Part shown: positions 53,229 through 64,000 of the stretch, piece by piece | Numbering within the stretch: the stretch's first letter is position 1 | Layout of the letters: each line of letters opens with the position of its first letter | NCBI RefSeq assembly: GCF_058153355.1 | Contig: NZ_CM177019.1 | Strand: one strand, 5' to 3' | DNA: 64,000 bases | Translations under genes and position numbers: made by a program | The notes under the pieces: model-generated | What the model saw: only the letters and a program-made list of their open reading frames with translations | What the model was told of the DNA's origin: nothing | Database searches by the model: none

Positions 53229-54008
53229 ATGGCATTTAAGATCTGGCAAATTGGTTTGCATTTACAACAGCAAGAAGCGGTGGCGGTTGCGATCGTGCGG
53301 GGCGCAAAAGAATGCTTTTTGCAACGCTGGTGGCGGTTGCCGCTGGCGAACGACATAATCAAAGATGGGCGGATTGTCGATGCACAGCGGCTGGCTAAAA
53401 CGTTGTTACCGTGGAGTCGCGAACTGCCGCAGCGTCATCACATTATGTTGGCGTTTCCCGCCAGTCGCACATTACAGCGGTCATTTCCGCGCCCGTCGAT
53501 GTCCCTTGGTGAGCGGGAGCAAACGGCCTGGCTGTCCGGGACGATGGCCCGCGAGCTGGATATGGATCCGGACTCCCTGCGCTTCGATTACAGCGAAGAC
53601 TCACTCAGTCCCGCCTATAACGTGACTGCCGCGCAAAGCAAAGAGCTGGCAACGCTGCTTACTTTGGCAGAAAGGTTGCGTGTTCATGTTAGTGCGATCA
53701 CCCCGGATGCCAGTGCATTACAGCGATTCCTGCCTTTTTTACCTTCTCATCAGCAATGTCTGGCCTGGCGTGATAACGAACAGTGGCTGTGGGCGACGCG
53801 CTATAGCTGGGGGCGCAAACTGGCGGTGGGGATGACTAGCGCGAAGGAGCTGGCGGCAGCGTTATCCGTTGATCCCGAAAGCGTCGCGCTATGTGGCGAA
53901 GGCGGATTTGACCCGTGGGAGGCGGTTTCTGTTCGTCAGCCGCCGCTACCGCCGCCAGGTGGAGACTTTGCCATCGCGCTGGGGCTGGCGCTAGGGAAGG
54001 CGTACTGA
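53229..54008 (+). CDS. hofM: type IV pilus / DNA-uptake assembly protein HofM (PilM-like)
   Basis: 259 aa from MAFKIWQIGL; Shine-Dalgarno AGGAGA; stop overlaps the hofN start. Confidence 0.85.
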   Translation: MAFKIWQIGLHLQQQEAVAVAIVRGAKECFLQRWWRLPLANDIIKDGRIVDAQRLAKTLLPWSRELPQRHHIMLAFPASRTLQRSFPRPSMSLGEREQTAWLSGTMARELDMDPDSLRFDYSEDSLSPAYNVTAAQSKELATLLTLAERLRVHVSAITPDASALQRFLPFLPSHQQCLAWRDNEQWLWATRYSWGRKLAVGMTSAKELAAALSVDPESVALCGEGGFDPWEAVSVRQPPLPPPGGDFAIALGLALGKAY

Positions 54009-54547
54009 TGAACCCGCCAATTAATTTTTTGCCCTGGCGACAGCAACGCCGGACCGCTTTTCTTCGTTTCTGGTTGCTGATGTTCGTTGCGCCTCTGCTG
54101 CTGACCGTCGGGATAACGCTAATATTGCGTCTGACAAGCAACGCCGAAGCTCGCGTAGATGCCGTTTTGCTTCAGGCGGAACAACAACTCGCCCACAGCT
54201 TACAAATAACGAAACCACGTTTGCTGGAGCGCCAACAAATTCGTGAGCAGCGTTTGCAAAGGCAGCGCCAGCGACAATTTACCCGTGACTGGCAATCTGC
54301 GCTGGAAGCACTGGCGGCGCTTTTACCCGAGCACGCCTGGCTGACAACGATAAGCTGGCAGCAGGGAACGCTGGAGATCAAGGGGCTAACAACAAGCATT
54401 ACCGCGTTAAACGCGCTGGAAACGTCACTCCGCCAGGATGCTTCTTTTCATCTCAATCAGCGGGGGGCCACGCAGCAGGATGCGCAGGGACGCTGGCAAT
54501 TTGAGTATCAGTTAACAAGGAAGGTTAGCGATGGACATGCTCTTTGA
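54008..54547 (+). CDS. hofN: HofN (PilN-like)
   Basis: 179 aa from MNPPINFLPWRQQRR; one TM segment; overlapping-gene operon. Confidence 0.85.
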   Translation: MNPPINFLPWRQQRRTAFLRFWLLMFVAPLLLTVGITLILRLTSNAEARVDAVLLQAEQQLAHSLQITKPRLLERQQIREQRLQRQRQRQFTRDWQSALEALAALLPEHAWLTTISWQQGTLEIKGLTTSITALNALETSLRQDASFHLNQRGATQQDAQGRWQFEYQLTRKVSDGHAL

Positions 54548-54971
54548 CTGGTGGTTCGCCACATCACCCCGCCTCCGCCAGCTTTGCTGGGCATTCTGGT
54601 TGATGATGTTAGTTACGCTCATTTTTCTGTCATCGACACACCAGGAAGAGAGCGACGCATTAATTCGACTACGGGCAAGTCATTACCAGCAGTGGGCCGC
54701 ACTGTATCGCCTGGTAAACACCACTCCCTTCAGCGAGGAAAAAACGCAGCCCTTTTCGCCACTGGATTTTCAGTTATCCGGCGCGCAACTGGTTTACTGG
54801 CATCCATCCGCGCAGGGAGGTGAGTTGGCGTTGAAAACGCTGTGGGAAGCAGTGCCGTCGGCATTTACACGGCTGGCAGAGCGCAACGTCAGCGTGAGCC
54901 GTTTTTCGTTAAGCGTGGAAGGTGATGACCTTTTGTTCACGCTACAACTGGAGACGCCGCATGAGGGTTAA
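54531..54971 (+). CDS. hofO: HofO (PilO-like)
   Basis: 146 aa; start overlaps the hofN 3' end. Confidence 0.85.
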   Translation: MDMLFDWWFATSPRLRQLCWAFWLMMLVTLIFLSSTHQEESDALIRLRASHYQQWAALYRLVNTTPFSEEKTQPFSPLDFQLSGAQLVYWHPSAQGGELALKTLWEAVPSAFTRLAERNVSVSRFSLSVEGDDLLFTLQLETPHEG

Positions 54972-55365
54972 ACGCTGGTTGTTGGCAGGTATTGCATTGT
55001 GCCTTTTAACCGGTATGCGTGACCCTTTTAAACCGCCGGAAGATCTATGCCGGATTAGCGACCTTAGCCAGTGGCGCTATCAGGGGATGGTAGGGCGAGG
55101 CGAGCGCATCATCGGTGTAATAAAAGATGGGCAAAAAAAATGGCGACGGGTGCAGCAAAACGATGTGCTGGAAAACGGCTGGACGATCTTACAGCTAACG
55201 CCAGACGTACTAACGCTGGGAACCGGGACAAACTGCGAACCGCCACACTGGTTGTGGCAACGGCAAGGAGATACAAATGAAGCAATGGATAGCCGCACTA
55301 CTGTTGATGCTGATACCCGGCGTACAGGCGGCAAAGCCGCAAAAAGTGACGCTGATGGTGGATGA
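54961..55365 (+). CDS. hofP: HofP (PilP-like lipoprotein)
   Basis: 134 aa from MRVKRWLLAGIALCLLTGM (lipobox-like). Confidence 0.83.
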   Translation: MRVKRWLLAGIALCLLTGMRDPFKPPEDLCRISDLSQWRYQGMVGRGERIIGVIKDGQKKWRRVQQNDVLENGWTILQLTPDVLTLGTGTNCEPPHWLWQRQGDTNEAMDSRTTVDADTRRTGGKAAKSDADGG

Positions 55366-56515
55366 CGTTCCGGTAGCTCAGGTGTTGCAGGCGCTGGCTG
55401 AACAGGAGAAGTTGAACCTGGTGGTGTCGCCAGACGTCAGCGGTACGGTGTCGTTACATCTAACAGATGTTCCCTGGAAGCAAGCACTACAAACTGTAGT
55501 GAAAAGCGCCGGACTGATAACGCGTCAGGAGGGCAACATTCTCTCGGTGCATTCCGTTGCCTGGCAGAATGACAATATCGCCCGTCAGGAGGCGGAGCAG
55601 GCGCGGGCGCAGGCAAATCTGCCGCTGGAAAATCGCAGTATAACCCTGCAATACGCCGACGCGGGAGAACTGGCGAAAGCGGGGGAGAAGCTACTGAGTG
55701 CCAAAGGGAGTATGACCGTCGATAAACGCACCAATCGCCTTTTGCTGCGAGATAACAAAGCGGCGTTAAGCGCGCTTGAACAGTGGGTAGCGCAAATGGA
55801 TCTGCCGGTCGGGCAGGTTGAGCTGTCGGCGCATATTGTCACCATTAATGAAAAAAGTTTGCGTGAGTTAGGCGTGAAATGGACGTTGGCTGATGCGCAA
55901 CAAGCTGGTGGCGTTGGGCAAGTCACCACGCTTGGCAGCGACCTCTCCGTAGCGACGGCGACAACGCATGTCGGTTTTAACATTGGACGCATTAACGGAC
56001 GTTTACTGGATCTTGAGCTTTCCGCGCTCGAACAAAAACAGCAGCTGGATATTATCGCCAGTCCGCGTCTGCTGGCCTCACATCTTCAGCCTGCCAGCAT
56101 TAAACAGGGGAGTGAAATTCCATATCAGGTTTCCAGCGGGGAAAGTGGCGCGACGTCGGTGGAATTTAAAGAGGCCGTCCTGGGGATGGAAGTTACGCCC
56201 ACGGTGTTACAAAAAGGTCGCATCCGGCTGAAATTACACATCAGCCAGAACGTTCCGGGGCAGGTGCTACAGCAGGCCGATGGCGAAGTGCTGGCGATTG
56301 ATAAGCAGGAGATCGAAACGCAGGTCGAGGTCAAAAGCGGAGAAACGTTGGCGCTGGGTGGCATTTTTACCCGTAAAAATAAATCGGGTCAGGATAGCGT
56401 ACCGTTGCTTGGCGACATTCCCTGGTTCGGGCAATTATTTCGTCATGACGGAAAAGAAGATGAACGACGCGAGTTAGTGGTGTTTATCACGCCACGACTG
56501 GTTTCCAGTGAGTAA
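55277..56515 (+). CDS. hofQ: secretin HofQ (PilQ/ComE-like outer-membrane channel)
   Basis: 412 aa with signal peptide; secretin-family C-terminal domain. Confidence 0.9.
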   Translation: MKQWIAALLLMLIPGVQAAKPQKVTLMVDDVPVAQVLQALAEQEKLNLVVSPDVSGTVSLHLTDVPWKQALQTVVKSAGLITRQEGNILSVHSVAWQNDNIARQEAEQARAQANLPLENRSITLQYADAGELAKAGEKLLSAKGSMTVDKRTNRLLLRDNKAALSALEQWVAQMDLPVGQVELSAHIVTINEKSLRELGVKWTLADAQQAGGVGQVTTLGSDLSVATATTHVGFNIGRINGRLLDLELSALEQKQQLDIIASPRLLASHLQPASIKQGSEIPYQVSSGESGATSVEFKEAVLGMEVTPTVLQKGRIRLKLHISQNVPGQVLQQADGEVLAIDKQEIETQVEVKSGETLALGGIFTRKNKSGQDSVPLLGDIPWFGQLFRHDGKEDERRELVVFITPRLVSSE

Positions 56516-56915
56516 ACAGCCGTAAAAGCGGTAATGTTTTTACGCTGAACGTGTTTCATCTATTTGACGCGCGCAGGTATTTAGCATACAAGGAGTACCG
56601 ATTTGAGAGTTGGTGCTCTTCGCTGCCTGCGTTCCATGATGATGATTTATCATTCAGGCGGCATTTTGCTGTCTTTTTTACGCTAATCTTACCCGGTGAT
56701 TTATCGCCAGAGCGGTGGTAGCAAGGCAGCGCGCTTGCAGCGACCAGATATGCAGAGGGATGGGTGATTTATTCAGTTGCCAAACCCGCTGGAGTATTGA
56801 GATAATTTTCAGTCTGACTCTCGCAATATCTTATGAGGTTTCAGTTCATGTCCTGCGGCGCTCTCTGAGCGAAGCGGGTTTATCATTAACGAATAGTCTT
56901 AGTAGTACCGAAAAA

Positions 56916-57437
56916 ATGGCAGAGAAACGCAATATCTTTCTGGTTGGGCCTATGGGTGCCGGAAAAAGCACTATTGGGCGCCAGTTAGCTCAACAACTCA
57001 ATATGGAATTTTACGATTCCGATCAAGAGATTGAGAAACGAACCGGAGCTGATGTGGGCTGGGTTTTCGATTTAGAAGGCGAAGAAGGCTTCCGCGATCG
57101 CGAAGAAAAGGTCATCAATGAGTTGACCGAGAAACAGGGTATTGTGCTGGCTACTGGCGGCGGCTCTGTGAAATCCCGCGAAACGCGTAACCGTCTTTCC
57201 GCTCGTGGCGTTGTCGTTTATCTTGAAACGACCATCGAAAAGCAACTTGCACGCACGCAGCGTGATAAAAAACGCCCGTTGCTGCACGTTGAAACACCGC
57301 CGCGTGAAGTTCTGGAAGCGTTGGCCAATGAACGCAATCCGCTGTATGAAGAGATTGCCGACGTGACCATTCGTACTGATGATCAAAGCGCTAAAGTGGT
57401 CGCAAACCAGATTATTCACATGCTGGAAAGCAACTAA
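56916..57437 (+). CDS. aroK: shikimate kinase I
   Basis: 173 aa from [22 protein letters not shown] (Walker A); track ORF 56715..57437 is a long upstream extension. Confidence 0.95.
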   Translation: MAEKRNIFLVGPMGAGKSTIGRQLAQQLNMEFYDSDQEIEKRTGADVGWVFDLEGEEGFRDREEKVINELTEKQGIVLATGGGSVKSRETRNRLSARGVVVYLETTIEKQLARTQRDKKRPLLHVETPPREVLEALANERNPLYEEIADVTIRTDDQSAKVVANQIIHMLESN

Positions 57438-57493
57438 TTCTGGCTTTATATACACTCGTCTGCGGGTACAGTAATTAAGGTGGATGTCGCGTT

Positions 57494-58582
57494 ATGGAGA
57501 GGATTGTCGTTACTCTCGGGGAACGTAGTTACCCAATTACCATCGCATCTGGTTTGTTTAATGAACCAGCTTCATTCTTACCGCTGAAATCGGGCGAGCA
57601 GGTTATGTTGGTCACCAACGAAACCCTAGCTCCTCTGTATCTCGATAAGGTCCGCGGCGTACTTGAACAGGCGGGTGTTAACGTCGATAGCGTTATCCTC
57701 CCTGACGGCGAGCAGTATAAAAGCCTGGCTGTACTCGATACCGTTTTTACGGCGTTGTTACAAAAGCCGCATGGTCGCGATACTACGCTGGTGGCGCTTG
57801 GCGGCGGCGTAGTGGGCGATCTGACCGGCTTCGCGGCGGCGAGTTATCAGCGTGGTGTACGTTTCATTCAAGTCCCGACGACGTTACTGTCGCAGGTCGA
57901 TTCCTCCGTTGGCGGCAAAACTGCGGTCAACCATCCCCTCGGTAAAAACATGATTGGCGCGTTCTACCAGCCAGCTTCAGTGGTAGTGGATCTCGACTGT
58001 CTGAAAACGCTTCCCCCGCGTGAGTTAGCGTCGGGGCTGGCAGAAGTCATCAAATACGGCATTATTCTTGACGGTGCGTTTTTTAACTGGCTGGAAGAGA
58101 ATCTGGATGCGTTGTTGCGTCTGGACGGTCCGGCAATGGCGTACTGTATTCGCCGTTGTTGTGAACTGAAGGCAGAAGTTGTCGCCGCCGACGAGCGCGA
58201 AACCGGGTTACGTGCTTTACTGAATCTGGGACACACCTTTGGTCATGCCATTGAAGCTGAAATGGGGTATGGCAATTGGTTACACGGTGAAGCGGTTGCT
58301 GCGGGTATGGTGATGGCGGCGCGGACGTCGGAACGTCTCGGGCAGTTTAGTTCTGCCGAAACGCAGCGTATTATAACCCTGCTCACGCGGGCTGGGTTAC
58401 CGGTCAATGGGCCGCGCGAAATGTCCGCGCAGGCGTATTTACCGCATATGCTGCGTGACAAGAAAGTCCTTGCGGGAGAGATGCGCTTAATTCTTCCGTT
58501 GGCAATTGGTAAGAGTGAAGTTCGCAGCGGCGTTTCGCACGAGCTTGTTCTTAATGCCATTGCCGATTGTCAATTAGCGTAA
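57494..58582 (+). CDS. aroB: 3-dehydroquinate synthase
   Basis: 362 aa; glycine-rich NAD-binding stretch ([14 protein letters not shown]). Confidence 0.95.
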   Translation: MERIVVTLGERSYPITIASGLFNEPASFLPLKSGEQVMLVTNETLAPLYLDKVRGVLEQAGVNVDSVILPDGEQYKSLAVLDTVFTALLQKPHGRDTTLVALGGGVVGDLTGFAAASYQRGVRFIQVPTTLLSQVDSSVGGKTAVNHPLGKNMIGAFYQPASVVVDLDCLKTLPPRELASGLAEVIKYGIILDGAFFNWLEENLDALLRLDGPAMAYCIRRCCELKAEVVAADERETGLRALLNLGHTFGHAIEAEMGYGNWLHGEAVAAGMVMAARTSERLGQFSSAETQRIITLLTRAGLPVNGPREMSAQAYLPHMLRDKKVLAGEMRLILPLAIGKSEVRSGVSHELVLNAIADCQLA

Positions 58583-58673
58583 CAACAAGAAAGGTCAGGC
58601 CGCTTATCAAGCGGTCTATTAGCTTCAGGTTAATTGCAACGTGGTAAGCATTAACCTTTTAGTGGGGTGTTAA

Positions 58674-59960
58674 ATGGATGAATTCAAACCAGAAGACGAG
58701 CTGAAACCCGATCCCAGCGATCGTCGTACTGGTCGTTCTCGTCAATCTTCTGAACGTTCTGAGCGTACTGAACGTGGCGAACCGCAGATCAATTTTGATG
58801 ATATTGAACTTGATGACACTGACGATCGCCGTCCGACTCGTGCGCAAAAAGAGCGCAATGAGGAACCGGAAATCGAAGAAGAAATTGACGAATCCGAAGA
58901 TGAAACCGTGGATGAAGAGCGCGTAGAGCGTCGTCCGCGTAAGCGCAAAAAAGCAGCCAGTAAACCCGCTTCTCGTCAGTATATGATGATGGGCGTCGGC
59001 ATTCTGGTTCTCCTGCTGTTGATCATCGGTATCGGTTCTGCGCTAAAAGCCCCCTCGACCTCTTCCAGCGATCAAACCGCGTCTGGCGAGAAGAGTATTG
59101 ATCTTGCTGGCAATGCGACCGATCAGGCGAATGGCGTGCAGCCAGCGCCGGGAACCACGTCTGCGGAAAATACTCAGCAGGATGTTTCTCTGCCGCCGAT
59201 CTCTTCTACGCCGACTCAAGGGCAAACCCCGGCGGCAACGGATGGTCAACAACGTGTTGAAGTGCAGGGTGACCTGAACAATGCGCTGACCCAGCCACAA
59301 AATCAGCAACAGTTGAATAATGTGGCGGTCAATTCCACGTTGCCGACTGAACCCGCGACGGTCGCGCCTGTTCGCAATGGCAATGCATCGCGTGACACGG
59401 CGAAAACGCAAACCGCTGAACGTCCGGCCACTACGCGTCCAGCTCGCCAGCAGGCGGTGATTGAACCGAAAAAACCGCAAGCAACCGTGAAAACGGAACC
59501 GAAGCCGGTAACACAGACGCCGAAGCGTACTGAACCAGCTGCTCCTGTGGCGAGCACGAAGGCACCGGCTGCGACCTCTACGCCAGCACCAAAAGAGACC
59601 GCAACTACGGCTCCAGTACAGACGGCATCCCCGGCGCAAACCACGGCAACAACAGCCGCTGGAGGGAAGACCGCAGGTAATGTTGGTTCGTTGAAATCGG
59701 CACCGTCCAGCCATTACACTCTGCAGCTGAGCAGTTCCTCTAACTACGACAACCTGAACGGTTGGGCGAAGAAAGAGAATCTGAAAAACTACGTTGTCTA
59801 TGAAACGACGCGTAATGGTCAGCCGTGGTATGTCCTGGTTTCTGGCGTGTACGCTTCGAAAGAAGAGGCGAAAAAAGCGGTATCTACATTGCCAGCAGAT
59901 GTCCAGGCCAAAAACCCGTGGGCGAAACCGCTGCGTCAGGTACAGGCCGATCTGAAGTAA
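58674..59960 (+). CDS. damX: cell-division protein DamX
   Basis: 428 aa; acidic N-terminus, TM segment, long Pro/Thr/Ala/Gln-rich linker, C-terminal SPOR-like domain. Confidence 0.9.
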   Translation: MDEFKPEDELKPDPSDRRTGRSRQSSERSERTERGEPQINFDDIELDDTDDRRPTRAQKERNEEPEIEEEIDESEDETVDEERVERRPRKRKKAASKPASRQYMMMGVGILVLLLLIIGIGSALKAPSTSSSDQTASGEKSIDLAGNATDQANGVQPAPGTTSAENTQQDVSLPPISSTPTQGQTPAATDGQQRVEVQGDLNNALTQPQNQQQLNNVAVNSTLPTEPATVAPVRNGNASRDTAKTQTAERPATTRPARQQAVIEPKKPQATVKTEPKPVTQTPKRTEPAAPVASTKAPAATSTPAPKETATTAPVQTASPAQTTATTAAGGKTAGNVGSLKSAPSSHYTLQLSSSSNYDNLNGWAKKENLKNYVVYETTRNGQPWYVLVSGVYASKEEAKKAVSTLPADVQAKNPWAKPLRQVQADLK

Positions 59961-60066
59961 TCAAGGTTATCTCCCGCAATGGTTTATCATCGCGGGAGTT
60001 GCCTGAAGCGCTGGATGCTGTCGGAGCTTTCTCCACAGCCGGAGAAGGTGTAATTAGTTAGTCAGC

Positions 60067-60903
60067 ATGAAGAAAAATCGCGCTTTTTTGAAGTGGGCAG
60101 GGGGCAAGTATCCCCTGCTTGATGATATTAAACGGCATTTGCCCAAGGGCGAATGTCTGGTTGAGCCTTTTGTAGGTGCCGGGTCGGTGTTTCTCAACAC
60201 CGACTTTTCTCGTTATATCCTTGCCGATATCAATAGCGACCTGATCAGTCTCTATAACATTGTGAAGATGCGTACTGATGAGTACGTACAGGCCGCACGC
60301 GAGCTGTTTGTTCCCGAAACAAATTGCGCCGAGGTTTACTATCAGTTCCGCGAAGAGTTCAACAAAAGCCAGGATCCGTTCCGTCGGGCGGTACTGTTTT
60401 TATATTTGAACCGCTACGGTTACAACGGCCTGTGTCGTTACAATCTGCGCGGTGAGTTTAACGTGCCGTTTGGCCGCTACAAAAAACCCTATTTCCCGGA
60501 AGCAGAGTTGTATCACTTCGCTGAAAAAGCGCAGAATGCCTTTTTCTATTGTGAGTCTTACGCCGATAGCATGGCGCGCGCAGATGATGCATCCGTCGTC
60601 TATTGCGATCCGCCTTATGCGCCGCTGTCTGCGACCGCCAACTTTACGGCGTATCACACAAACAGTTTTACGCTTGAACAACAAGCGCATCTGGCGGAGA
60701 TCGCCGAAGGTCTGGTTGAGCGCCATATTCCAGTGCTGATCTCCAATCACGATACGATGTTAACGCGTGAGTGGTATCAGCGCGCAAAATTGCATGTCGT
60801 CAAAGTTCGACGCAGTATAAGCAGCAACGGCGGCACACGTAAAAAGGTGGACGAACTGCTGGCTTTGTACAAACCAGGAGTCGTTTCACCCGCGAAAAAA
60901 TAA
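60067..60903 (+). CDS. dam: DNA adenine methyltransferase (GATC)
   Basis: 278 aa; DPPY catalytic motif ([11 protein letters not shown]). Confidence 0.95.
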
Positions 60904-60920
60904 TTCTCAAGGAGAAGCGG

Positions 60921-61598
60921 ATGAAACAGTATTTGATTGCCCCCTCAATTCTGTCGGCTGATTTTGCCCGCCTGGGTGAAGATACCGCAAAAGCCCTGGC
61001 AGCTGGCGCTGATGTCGTGCATTTTGACGTCATGGATAACCACTATGTTCCCAATCTGACGATTGGGCCGATGGTGCTGAAATCTCTGCGTAATTATGGC
61101 ATTACTGCCCCTATTGATGTGCATCTGATGGTGAAACCGGTCGATCGCATTGTGCCAGATTTCGCTGCCGCTGGTGCCAGCATCATAACCTTTCATCCAG
61201 AAGCCTCCGAGCATGTTGACCGCACGCTGCAACTGATTAAAGAAAATGGCTGTAAAGCGGGGCTGGTATTTAACCCGGCGACACCGCTGAGCTATCTGGA
61301 TTACGTGATGGATAAGCTGGATGTGATCCTGCTGATGTCCGTCAACCCTGGTTTCGGCGGTCAGTCTTTCATTCCTCAAACACTGGATAAACTGCGCGAA
61401 GTACGTCGTCGTATCGACGAGTCTGGCTTCGACATTCGACTGGAAGTGGACGGCGGCGTGAAGGTGAACAACATTGGCGAAATCGCTGCGGCAGGTGCCG
61501 ATATGTTCGTCGCTGGTTCGGCCATTTTCGATCAGCCAGACTACAAAAAGGTCATTGATGAAATGCGCAGTGAACTGGCAAAGGTAAGTCATGAATAA
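60921..61598 (+). CDS. rpe: ribulose-phosphate 3-epimerase
   Basis: 225 aa; conserved HFDVMD motif. Confidence 0.95.
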   Translation: MKQYLIAPSILSADFARLGEDTAKALAAGADVVHFDVMDNHYVPNLTIGPMVLKSLRNYGITAPIDVHLMVKPVDRIVPDFAAAGASIITFHPEASEHVDRTLQLIKENGCKAGLVFNPATPLSYLDYVMDKLDVILLMSVNPGFGGQSFIPQTLDKLREVRRRIDESGFDIRLEVDGGVKVNNIGEIAAAGADMFVAGSAIFDQPDYKKVIDEMRSELAKVSHE

Positions 61599-62349
61599 GT
61601 TTGAAGATATTCGCGGCGTCGCTTTTGATCTCGATGGTACGCTGGTGGACAGTGCTCCTGGTCTGGCTGCTGCGGTAGATATGGCGCTGTATGCGCTGGA
61701 GTTGCCCGTCGCAGGTGAAGAGCGTGTTATTACCTGGATTGGTAATGGCGCAGATGTTCTGATGGAGCGTGCATTGACCTGGGCGCGTCAGGAACGTGCG
61801 ACTCTGCGTAAAACGATGGGCAAACCGCCTGTTGATGACGATATTCCGGCAGAAGAACAGGTACGTATTCTGCGTAAACTGTTTGATCGCTACTATGGAG
61901 AGGTTGCCGAAGAGGGGACGTTTTTGTTCCCACACGTTGCCGATACGCTGGGCGCATTGCAGGCTAAAGGCCTGCCGCTAGGCCTGGTTACCAACAAACC
62001 GACTCCGTTCGTCGCGCCGCTGCTCGAAGCCTTAGATATCGCCAAATACTTCAGCGTGGTGATTGGTGGTGATGATGTGCAAAACAAAAAACCGCATCCG
62101 GACCCACTGTTACTGGTGGCTGAGCGGATGGGCATTGCCCCACAACAGATGCTGTTTGTTGGCGACTCACGCAATGATATTCAGGCAGCAAAAGCGGCCG
62201 GTTGCCCTTCTGTTGGTTTAACCTATGGATATAACTACGGCGAGGCTATCGATCTTAGCCAGCCTGATGTAATTTATCAGTCTATCAATGACCTTCTGCC
62301 CGCACTAGGGCTTCCGCATAGCGAAAATCAGGAATCGAAAAATGACTAA
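61591..62349 (+). CDS. gph: phosphoglycolate phosphatase
   Basis: 252 aa HAD hydrolase ([10 protein letters not shown] motif I); overlaps the rpe 3' end. Confidence 0.93.
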   Translation: MNKFEDIRGVAFDLDGTLVDSAPGLAAAVDMALYALELPVAGEERVITWIGNGADVLMERALTWARQERATLRKTMGKPPVDDDIPAEEQVRILRKLFDRYYGEVAEEGTFLFPHVADTLGALQAKGLPLGLVTNKPTPFVAPLLEALDIAKYFSVVIGGDDVQNKKPHPDPLLLVAERMGIAPQQMLFVGDSRNDIQAAKAAGCPSVGLTYGYNYGEAIDLSQPDVIYQSINDLLPALGLPHSENQESKND

Positions 62350-63346
62350 GCCCATCGTTTTTAGTGGCGCACAGCCCTCAGGTGAATTGACCATTGGTAA
62401 CTACATGGGTGCGCTGCGTCAGTGGGTAAACATGCAGGATGACTACCATTGCATTTACTGTATCGTTGACCAACACGCGATCACCGTGCGCCAGGATGCA
62501 CAGAAGCTGCGTAAAGCGACGCTGGATACGCTGGCCTTGTATCTGGCTTGTGGTATCGATCCTGAGAAAAGCACCATTTTTGTTCAGTCCCACGTGCCGG
62601 AACATGCGCAGTTAGGCTGGGCACTGAACTGCTATACCTACTTCGGCGAACTGAGCCGCATGACGCAGTTTAAAGATAAATCTGCGCGTTATGCTGAGAA
62701 TATCAACGCGGGTCTGTTTGACTATCCGGTGCTGATGGCGGCGGATATCCTACTGTATCAAACCAACCTGGTGCCGGTGGGTGAAGACCAGAAACAGCAC
62801 CTGGAACTGAGCCGCGATATCGCCCAGCGTTTCAACGCGCTGTATGGCGATATTTTTAAAGTACCGGAGCCGTTTATTCCGAAATCTGGCGCGCGCGTAA
62901 TGTCGCTGCTGGAGCCGACCAAGAAGATGTCCAAGTCTGACGATAACCGCAATAACGTTATCGGCCTGCTGGAAGACCCGAAATCGGTAGTGAAGAAAAT
63001 CAAACGCGCGGTCACTGACTCCGACGAGCCGCCGGTAGTTCGCTACGATGTGCAGAATAAAGCGGGCGTTTCCAACCTGCTGGATATTCTTTCTGCGGTA
63101 ACTGGCCAGAGTATCCCGGAACTGGAAAAACAGTTCGAAGGCAAGATGTATGGTCATCTGAAAGGCGAAGTGGCTGATGCCGTTTCTGGTATGCTGACTG
63201 AATTGCAGGAACGTTATCACCGTTTCCGCAACGACGAAGCCTTCCTGCAACAGGTCATGAAAGACGGCGCAGAAAAAGCCAGTGCACACGCTTCCCGGAC
63301 GCTGAAAGCGGTTTACGAAGCGATTGGTTTTGTGGCGAAGCCGTAA
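62342..63346 (+). CDS. trpS: tryptophan--tRNA ligase
   Basis: 334 aa class I aminoacyl-tRNA synthetase with KMSKS motif; overlaps the gph 3' end. Confidence 0.95.
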   Translation: MTKPIVFSGAQPSGELTIGNYMGALRQWVNMQDDYHCIYCIVDQHAITVRQDAQKLRKATLDTLALYLACGIDPEKSTIFVQSHVPEHAQLGWALNCYTYFGELSRMTQFKDKSARYAENINAGLFDYPVLMAADILLYQTNLVPVGEDQKQHLELSRDIAQRFNALYGDIFKVPEPFIPKSGARVMSLLEPTKKMSKSDDNRNNVIGLLEDPKSVVKKIKRAVTDSDEPPVVRYDVQNKAGVSNLLDILSAVTGQSIPELEKQFEGKMYGHLKGEVADAVSGMLTELQERYHRFRNDEAFLQQVMKDGAEKASAHASRTLKAVYEAIGFVAKP

Positions 63347-63361
63347 TTTAACATTAATGCC

Positions 63362-63387
63362 AAAAACCGGGGAAACCCGGTTTTTTA
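63362..63387 (+). terminator. rho-independent terminator after trpS
   Basis: aaaaaccgggg-aaa-ccccggttttttat perfect hairpin followed by a T-run. Confidence 0.6.
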
Positions 63388-63505
63388 TCCTCTTTTCGCA
63401 ACAACCCGAAAAAATGTGAAGTGCCTCGCCGTTTCCACATCTCATAGTTGCCACTTATCTTCAATTTAATGAAGATATAAATATTCACTTTATTGAAAAT
63501 TTACT

Positions 63506-64000
63506 ATGCGTCGAACGTTTATCAAAAAAGAAGGCGTCGTCATCACGACTCTGGCTCGTTATCTGTTAGGTGAAAAGTGCGGTAATCGACTGAAAACCAT
63601 AGATGAACTGGCAACTGAATGCCATTCATCGGTTGGTCTGACACAGGCCGCATTGAAAACACTGGAATCTGGCGGCGCGATACGGATAGAACGCCGTGGG
63701 CGCAATGGCAGTTATCTGGTGGAAATGGATAACAAAGCGCTGCTGAGTCATGTGGATATCAATAACGTTGTGTGTGCCATGCCTTTGCCCTATACCCGCT
63801 TGTACGAAGGTTTAGCAAGCGGGCTGAAAGCCCAGTTTGATGGCATTCCTTTTTACTATGCGCATATGCGCGGCGCGGATATTCGTGTGGAGTGTTTACT
63901 TAACGGCGTGTATGACATGGCGGTGGTTTCCCGACTGGCGGCGGAAAGTTATCTCACGCAAAAAGGGTTATGCCTCGCGCTGGAGTTGGGGCCGCATACC
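63506..64000 (+). CDS. yhfZ: YhfZ (5' part; runs off the window end)
   Basis: ATG at 63506 opens a frame (MRRTFIKKEGVVITTLARYLLGEK...) still open at 64000; lies downstream of trpS as in K-12. Not in the ORF track because it is truncated. Confidence 0.6.
   Translation, partial: MRRTFIKKEGVVITTLARYLLGEKCGNRLKTIDELATECHSSVGLTQAALKTLESGGAIRIERRGRNGSYLVEMDNKALLSHVDINNVVCAMPLPYTRLYEGLASGLKAQFDGIPFYYAHMRGADIRVECLLNGVYDMAVVSRLAAESYLTQKGLCLALELGPHT

Overview
This window is an Escherichia coli / Shigella-type chromosomal segment, almost entirely recognisable core genes. Calls rest on ORF length and sequence motifs compared with my recollection of E. coli K-12; no database search was run. Gene order: ibpB-ibpA-yidQ-yidR-cbrA-dgoT-(dgoD 3' fragment) | IS4 | yzgL-like pseudogene, PstS-like lipoprotein, membrane protein, glpD, glpEGR, rtcR, rtcBA, malT, malPQ, gntT, nfuA, gntX, bioH, yhgA, feoCBA, tex, greB, ompR-envZ, [3-gene island], pck, yhgE, hslOR, yrfG, igaA, nudE, mrcA, hofMNOPQ, aroKB, damX, dam, rpe, gph, trpS, yhfZ (partial). 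Three things depart from the K-12 layout. (1) A visibly AT-rich ~2.6 kb three-gene insertion sits between envZ and pck; its first protein carries an SMI1/KNR4 (SUKH)-like motif typical of polymorphic-toxin immunity proteins. This is the best candidate for an undescribed accessory system. (2) A complete 1426 bp IS4 without target-site duplication joins a truncated dgoD to the yzgL/glpD region, two loci that are about 0.3 Mb apart in K-12, which implies an IS4-mediated rearrangement. (3) The glpD-proximal region carries an intact PstS-like lipoprotein gene coupled to a membrane-protein gene, next to an internally deleted paralog. No rRNA, tRNA, CRISPR array or prophage integrase was recognised.
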